A stretch of 64,000 nucleotides of DNA from a virus. Lineage: Duplodnaviria > Caudoviricetes. Made by a program: the position numbers and the translations under genes. The stretch covers positions 1,309 to 65,308 of the IMG/VR virus record IMGVR_UViG_3300042391_001116. One strand, given 5' to 3'. Below, piece after piece: positions 59,486 to 64,000 of the stretch. The notes below the pieces were generated by a model. It was not told the origin of the DNA. It made no database searches and was given only the letters and a program-made list of their open reading frames with translations. Each line of letters begins with the position of its first letter. Within the stretch, counting starts at the first letter, position 1.

Positions 59486-60178
59486 ATGGAATTTGAAACA
59501 ATAAAAATACTTAATGCTGGTGAGATAGATCTTCTCGATTGTATGGGAAATGACTTAAGCGTTGTTAATGCTGCTAAGGTTTCTTTTGTATCCTATGAAC
59601 AGGTGCTTGATGATAAGTCTAAAGGTTTAATTAACTTTTTAGTTAAAAACAAACATGCTACACCATTTGAACATGTAGTCTTTAAGTTTCATATTAAGTG
59701 TCCAATCTTTGTAGCAAGAGAATGGTTTAGACATAGATGGTCTTCATTTAATGAAATGAGTATGCGATATCATCAACCTGCAAGTCTTGACTATTACACT
59801 CCTACTTCTGATAAGATTCGCAAACAAGTTGGAAAGCCTGGTTCTTACTCTTTTGAAGAAATTACTGACCCAGAAGTTAAAGATGCTTTCTACTCTATTT
59901 TCCAAGAAACTGTGCTTCAGGCAGATAAAGCTTATTATAAACTTATTGATCTTGGGATTGCAAAAGAACTTGCTCGCTGTGTACTTCCAGTAACTCAATA
60001 CACAGAGTTTATCTGGACTGTTAATGCCAGAAGTTTAATGAACTTTATGTGTCTCAGAAATGACAGCAATGCTCAATACGAGATTGCTGAGTATGCTAGA
60101 GAGATTGAAAATATTTTTGGTATGATATTACCAGCAACATATGCTTCATGGGTTGCAAATGGAAGAGAGTCAATATGA
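59486..60178 (+). CDS. thyX: FAD-dependent thymidylate synthase
   Basis: HATPFEH, AREWFRHRWSSFNEMSMRY, NARSLMNF..LR...AQYEI. Confidence 0.95.
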   Translation: MEFETIKILNAGEIDLLDCMGNDLSVVNAAKVSFVSYEQVLDDKSKGLINFLVKNKHATPFEHVVFKFHIKCPIFVAREWFRHRWSSFNEMSMRYHQPASLDYYTPTSDKIRKQVGKPGSYSFEEITDPEVKDAFYSIFQETVLQADKAYYKLIDLGIAKELARCVLPVTQYTEFIWTVNARSLMNFMCLRNDSNAQYEIAEYAREIENIFGMILPATYASWVANGRESI

Positions 60179-60348
60179 ACAAAAAAATTAATTTAGCATC
60201 TTACATTCTACTTGTAATGTTATTTTCTGTATTATTTAAATATGGTATTCATATATCATTTAAAACAGATCCTGGTTATATTGGACCAATTTTCTTATTT
60301 CATGCACTTATTATGAGTGCAGCAATGTTTGGTGGTAAAAGTAAATGA
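60175..60348 (+). CDS. small two-TM membrane protein
   Basis: ATGA-coupled to thyX; hydrophobic. Confidence 0.6.
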   Translation: MNKKINLASYILLVMLFSVLFKYGIHISFKTDPGYIGPIFLFHALIMSAAMFGGKSK

Positions 60349-60641
60349 AAATAGTTCCGTATAGCTCTAGAGAAAATTTAGAGGATTTAAATACTCTGCA
60401 TATTCTAATCAAGGCTGTTCCTTTTGAAAATGGCTTTGCCCCGGCAATGGTCATTGTGTCTCCAGATGATAATTACTCTTTGAATCTAGATGAGCTTCAT
60501 TGCTTAATGGATGGCATTGAAATAGCAGAGAGTAAGATCAGCGAAATTATTGATTATATTATTAATACTAAAACATTTAATTTTCACAGGAATCTTCAGC
60601 AAGAAATTTACGAGGATGACGAGGATGATGATGAAGAATGA
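60345..60641 (+). CDS. hypothetical acidic protein
   Basis: Coupled ORF. Confidence 0.65.
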   Translation: MKIVPYSSRENLEDLNTLHILIKAVPFENGFAPAMVIVSPDDNYSLNLDELHCLMDGIEIAESKISEIIDYIINTKTFNFHRNLQQEIYEDDEDDDEE

Positions 60642-60922
60642 TTATTGGAAGAGTAATACCTGATTTTCCCTATCCAGAAAAAGAATGCCCATATTGTTAT
60701 CAAAAATTAACTGTTGTCAATGCTATTCATTATGAAGATAAATACCATTACAAAGCATTGTATTTAGATCCTAATCCTATTTGTCCTATTTATGATGAAG
60801 GCGCAAGAAAAGCGTATGCAAAAGTCTATTATTCATCGGAAGAAGCTTTTGAGTATTACAGAGATGTAAAAATACCAGTACAACGCTGGAGTCAAGAAAA
60901 TTTGTATACAATTTATCCATAA
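60638..60922 (+). CDS. hypothetical protein with CPYC
   Basis: Coupled ORF. Confidence 0.65.
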   Translation: MIIGRVIPDFPYPEKECPYCYQKLTVVNAIHYEDKYHYKALYLDPNPICPIYDEGARKAYAKVYYSSEEAFEYYRDVKIPVQRWSQENLYTIYP

Positions 60923-60943
60923 TGTGGTAACATAGTTGATACT

Positions 60944-61975
60944 ATGCCTGTACAATCCTGCTCTAATAACGGTAATCCTGGGTACAAATGGGGGGAGCAA
61001 GGCGCTTGCTACACTTACCCCAAAGGTAATCTTGCTCAAAAAAAGAAGGCTAAGAAAAAAGCTTTCTACCAAGGACTTGCTTCAGGTGAAGCCAGCAACT
61101 TTAGAAAATTAGATGATGAAGATTTTGATGAAAATGAACTTGAATTTATTTTAAAGTCGTTAACAGAATGGTTTAAAGAAAAATGGGTCGATATATCTAG
61201 ACCAAAGGCTGGTGGTGGATTTGAACCATGTGGTCGGGATGATGCTAAAACAGGCAAATACCCTAAGTGCGTACCCGCTGCAAGAGCTGCAAGAATGACA
61301 CCAGAACAAATTGCGTCTGCTGTAAGAAGAAAAAGAAGAGCCGAGTCTACTGAAACAAGAGAAGACAAGAAGCCTATCAATGTTCCTACAGAAAAAGCAG
61401 CTTCAGTAAATGTTCCTACCAACCCAAAGCTTTATGCAAGAGTTAAAGCAGAGGCTAAAGCAAAATTTGATGTTTATCCATCCGCCTACGCCAATGCATG
61501 GCTTGTACGTGAATATAAGAAAAGAGGTGGAGGCTACAGAACCGTGAGTAAAGGTATTGAGATAGTTAAGATAGCTGAAGATTTAGCAGAAGAGGAAGCA
61601 ATGCTTGCTGATGCTCTTGTAGCCATTGCCAGAATGTATGGAAAGTTTAATGAAGATGAAAATGGAATTTGGGCTGGATATGATAGCCCCGAAGAAAACG
61701 ATGTTAAAGATATTGGTGTTAAATGTTCTAACTGTGTTCTTCATGAAGGCAACGGTGTTTGCAAGATTATTGCTCAACAGGTTGAAGATGAAGGGAAGTG
61801 CAGATTTGCTGTCATACCAGATGGCGTTGTCCAAGTAGATGATTCAGAGATGTCTGAAGAATACGAAGACGATTATGAAAAAAGTAGTAATGTAACAAAA
61901 TTTGACCTTTTAAGGTATATAATAGAGGGTCTTTCTCCATTTGGAGTAGACTCTACTAACAAGGAGATAAAATGA
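60944..61975 (+). CDS. multi-module phage protein (DUF5872-like and Cys modules)
   Basis: GYKWG..CYTY; WFKEKW...PCGR...YPKCVP; PTNPKLY...YPSAYANAW; CSNC..C..C. Confidence 0.7.
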   Translation: MPVQSCSNNGNPGYKWGEQGACYTYPKGNLAQKKKAKKKAFYQGLASGEASNFRKLDDEDFDENELEFILKSLTEWFKEKWVDISRPKAGGGFEPCGRDDAKTGKYPKCVPAARAARMTPEQIASAVRRKRRAESTETREDKKPINVPTEKAASVNVPTNPKLYARVKAEAKAKFDVYPSAYANAWLVREYKKRGGGYRTVSKGIEIVKIAEDLAEEEAMLADALVAIARMYGKFNEDENGIWAGYDSPEENDVKDIGVKCSNCVLHEGNGVCKIIAQQVEDEGKCRFAVIPDGVVQVDDSEMSEEYEDDYEKSSNVTKFDLLRYIIEGLSPFGVDSTNKEIK

Positions 61976-62340
61976 TTATTCAACTTCCCTATGATAATGC
62001 TGAAGTTAGCAAGAAAGGCCATGACTCAATGAAGGCATGGCATGAGAATATGGCTAAGTCCCATGAAACAGCTGCTGTCTGGCATCAGATGCAGTCTGAA
62101 GGCTTGTCAAAAGCAATGAACGAAGTCCCACTTGACCCAGAAGTGAAGCCTGCTCCAAAAGCCGGGGCAACTGGTTCTTCAACTGATTCACCTGATTCAA
62201 CACCTACGCCTACTAAGGAAATCCCTATGGACCCCATGAAGAAGGCTGATCTTGTTAAGATTCTTGAAGATCACATTGCAGAATTTGGTTCAATAGGCAT
62301 CGCTCCTAAGGATATTGCAAATATTATTCTTGGTGAATGA
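61972..62340 (+). CDS. hypothetical protein
   Basis: Coupled ORF with His/Trp helical repeat. Confidence 0.65.
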   Translation: MIIQLPYDNAEVSKKGHDSMKAWHENMAKSHETAAVWHQMQSEGLSKAMNEVPLDPEVKPAPKAGATGSSTDSPDSTPTPTKEIPMDPMKKADLVKILEDHIAEFGSIGIAPKDIANIILGE

Positions 62341-62546
62341 TGGATATTGGCTACGCATCAATAATTGTAGCCATCGTCACAACGGTGGGAACTGTTATTG
62401 TAACAATTATTCAAAAGTTTAGAAAAGAAAATCGTGACGACCACAGTAAAGTTGTTGATGCTCTAGTATCTCTTAAAGAAGACGTTAAGGATATTGACAA
62501 AAAACTTGATGGTCATATTGATTGGCATCTAAAAGGCAAAAAGTGA
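62337..62546 (+). CDS. membrane protein (TM + coiled coil, holin-like)
   Basis: ASIIVAIVTTVGTVIVT...IDKKLDGHIDWH. Confidence 0.6.
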   Translation: MMDIGYASIIVAIVTTVGTVIVTIIQKFRKENRDDHSKVVDALVSLKEDVKDIDKKLDGHIDWHLKGKK

Positions 62547-62944
62547 TTGATCCTTATTGGTACAAAGCAAGATTCTTAAGTGTTGTTGATGGCGACACTA
62601 TGGATCTAATGGTTGATCTTGGCTTTGAAATTCACCATAAAATAAGAGTAAGATTATATGGAGTAAATACTCCAGAATCTAGAACAAAGGATTTAATAGA
62701 AAAAGCATTAGGTCTTAAAGCAAAAGAATATGCAAAAGAATGGTTTCATAATCATGAAGTTGTATTTGTAAAAACTATACTTGATAAGAATGAAAAGTAT
62801 GGTCGAGTATTAGCAGAAATCTATTCGTCTTCAGATATTGATGACGAAAAAACTGCTTGTCTAAATAAAGATATCATTGGGTCTGGCTTTGCCAGACAAT
62901 ATTTTGGTATTGGCGATAAAACTTGGACCGAATTTAAAAAATAG
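62543..62944 (+). CDS. thermonuclease (SNase-like)
   Basis: VVDGDT, RVRLYGVNTPE, KYGRVLA; GTG start. Confidence 0.88.
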   Translation: MIDPYWYKARFLSVVDGDTMDLMVDLGFEIHHKIRVRLYGVNTPESRTKDLIEKALGLKAKEYAKEWFHNHEVVFVKTILDKNEKYGRVLAEIYSSSDIDDEKTACLNKDIIGSGFARQYFGIGDKTWTEFKK

Positions 62945-62958
62945 TGCTATAATAGTTC

Positions 62959-63025
62959 GCATGGGGCGATCCTTGGCTGTAGGTATTAGGAAACTTTATC
63001 TGTGGTGCAGGGGTCGCCTCACTGC
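62959..63025 (+). ncRNA. candidate structured RNA / 5' leader hairpin
   Basis: ~24-bp GU-rich rod capped by AG-GAAA-CT, starting ~6 nt after TGCTATAAT. Confidence 0.5.
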
Positions 63026-63039
63026 TTTTGGAGGATACG

Positions 63040-63369
63040 ATGAAAAAGATTGCCCCGCCAATCCCACCGCTTGTTGAAATCTTTTGGGAAGATCACTATA
63101 GTCTAGGTGATGACTGGTTTGAGCCAGGTGCTGTACACGAAATATGTATTCTTTCAGCAGTAGGCTATCTAGTCTCTCAAGATGAAAAATACTACTATGT
63201 CTCTTGCACTTATGAGGTGGAAACAGGAAATTATTCCGCTGGAACCGCCGTATTAAAAAATTGCGTGGTAGACTTCCATATCTATAGCACTCCCGATCAA
63301 CCATACGAGAAGAAACTAGAAAAGAGCAAAAATGCTAAACCAATTAGAAGTAGAAAAACTAATAGCTAG
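63040..63369 (+). CDS. conserved phage hypothetical protein
   Basis: VEIFWEDH...SAVGYLV; GGAGG SD. Confidence 0.7.
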   Translation: MKKIAPPIPPLVEIFWEDHYSLGDDWFEPGAVHEICILSAVGYLVSQDEKYYYVSCTYEVETGNYSAGTAVLKNCVVDFHIYSTPDQPYEKKLEKSKNAKPIRSRKTNS

Positions 63370-63760
63370 TGTCCCTAAATCTTCTTCCCCAGAAGATCAT
63401 CGTGCAGCAGCATCTATTGCTATTGGGGTTAGAGATGACAAGTCACTTGCTGACATCGTAAAGTACTACGGCATTAACAAAGAACTTGCTATCAAATGGT
63501 GGACTTTCTTTGGGTTTGATGATAATGTCAAACTAGAAAAGAAAAAGCGTGGTAATAAATCTTCCACGATTGAAACCTATATTAAAGCCCATATTGGCGA
63601 TACCGTTTCTTCAGCAGATATTATTGAGGGTTGTGAAATTTCTACACCAACTTTTTATAACTTTATGAACGCTAATAGAGGATACTTTAAAAGAGTTAAT
63701 CGTGGACTGTATACAATTGTAGATCCAATTCAAGAAAGAAAAGAGGCGAAGAATGTATAA
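63332..63760 (+). CDS. hypothetical, C-terminal winged-HTH-like
   Basis: SSADIIEGCEISTPTFYNF...RGLY. Confidence 0.6.
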   Translation: MLNQLEVEKLIASVPKSSSPEDHRAAASIAIGVRDDKSLADIVKYYGINKELAIKWWTFFGFDDNVKLEKKKRGNKSSTIETYIKAHIGDTVSSADIIEGCEISTPTFYNFMNANRGYFKRVNRGLYTIVDPIQERKEAKNV

Positions 63761-64000
63761 AATGAGAAAAGAAACAAAGCATAAAGAAATGAGAGAAGCA
63801 AGTGAGCAAAGAATTGCTCAAATGACAATAGAAGAAAAAGCTGAGTTTTGGGAAAAAATTGCTAAGCAATGGTATGACTACTACTTGACATATTCAAGCC
63901 AATACTTTAAGGCTTCTAGAGAATTAGATGATGTAGATGAAGAACGCCAAAAGTGGAAGATTGTTGCCATGAGCCTTGGGGCATTAGAAGATGCTATTGA
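63753..64000 (+). CDS. hypothetical protein, truncated by window end
   Basis: Manual: MYKMRKETKHKEMREASEQRIAQ... open to the edge. Confidence 0.6.
   Translation, partial: MYKMRKETKHKEMREASEQRIAQMTIEEKAEFWEKIAKQWYDYYLTYSSQYFKASRELDDVDEERQKWKIVAMSLGALEDAI

Noticed and set aside
1-64000. tRNA genes, inteins, introns, stop-codon recoding, integrase
   Set aside because: No cloverleaf or intein motifs noticed; core genes have normal lengths and are uninterrupted in code 11.

Overview
A 64 kb, AT-rich, gene-dense fragment of a large lytic-type siphophage genome. The host is most likely an actinobacterium (WhiB-like regulator, M15+PGBD endolysin, r1t-type holin), and the architecture recalls Streptomyces cluster BE/BK phages (my recognition, no search run). 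Positions 1-59305 are transcribed on the minus strand. They hold replication/recombination genes (DnaE, primase, DnaB, SSB, RecA, Cas4-like nuclease, RuvC, Dcm), a tail module (tape measure, frameshifted chaperone, tail tube, several fibres), lysis genes, head genes (capsid, protease/scaffold, portal) and class II RNR. After a repeat-bearing divergence point at about 59330-59480 the plus strand carries thyX and small genes. No terminase, integrase, tRNA or CRISPR array was seen. Main observations: (1) one of three paralogous GT4 glycosyltransferases ends in a domain homologous to the small protein encoded directly after the major capsid gene, pointing to a virion-targeted glycosylation/modification system; (2) an unannotated 29-aa, 9-Cys metallothionein-like ORF is coupled to the Zn-endolysin; (3) a ~1.9 kb block inside dnaE has almost only G/T-ending codons; (4) a nested alternative-frame gene in the Dcm gene resembles the M.EcoHK31I beta subunit; (5) a three-member unknown protein family always follows a tail-fibre gene; (6) a promoter-proximal GU-rich rod RNA ends in a GAAA tetraloop. 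All functional calls come from reading motifs by eye.
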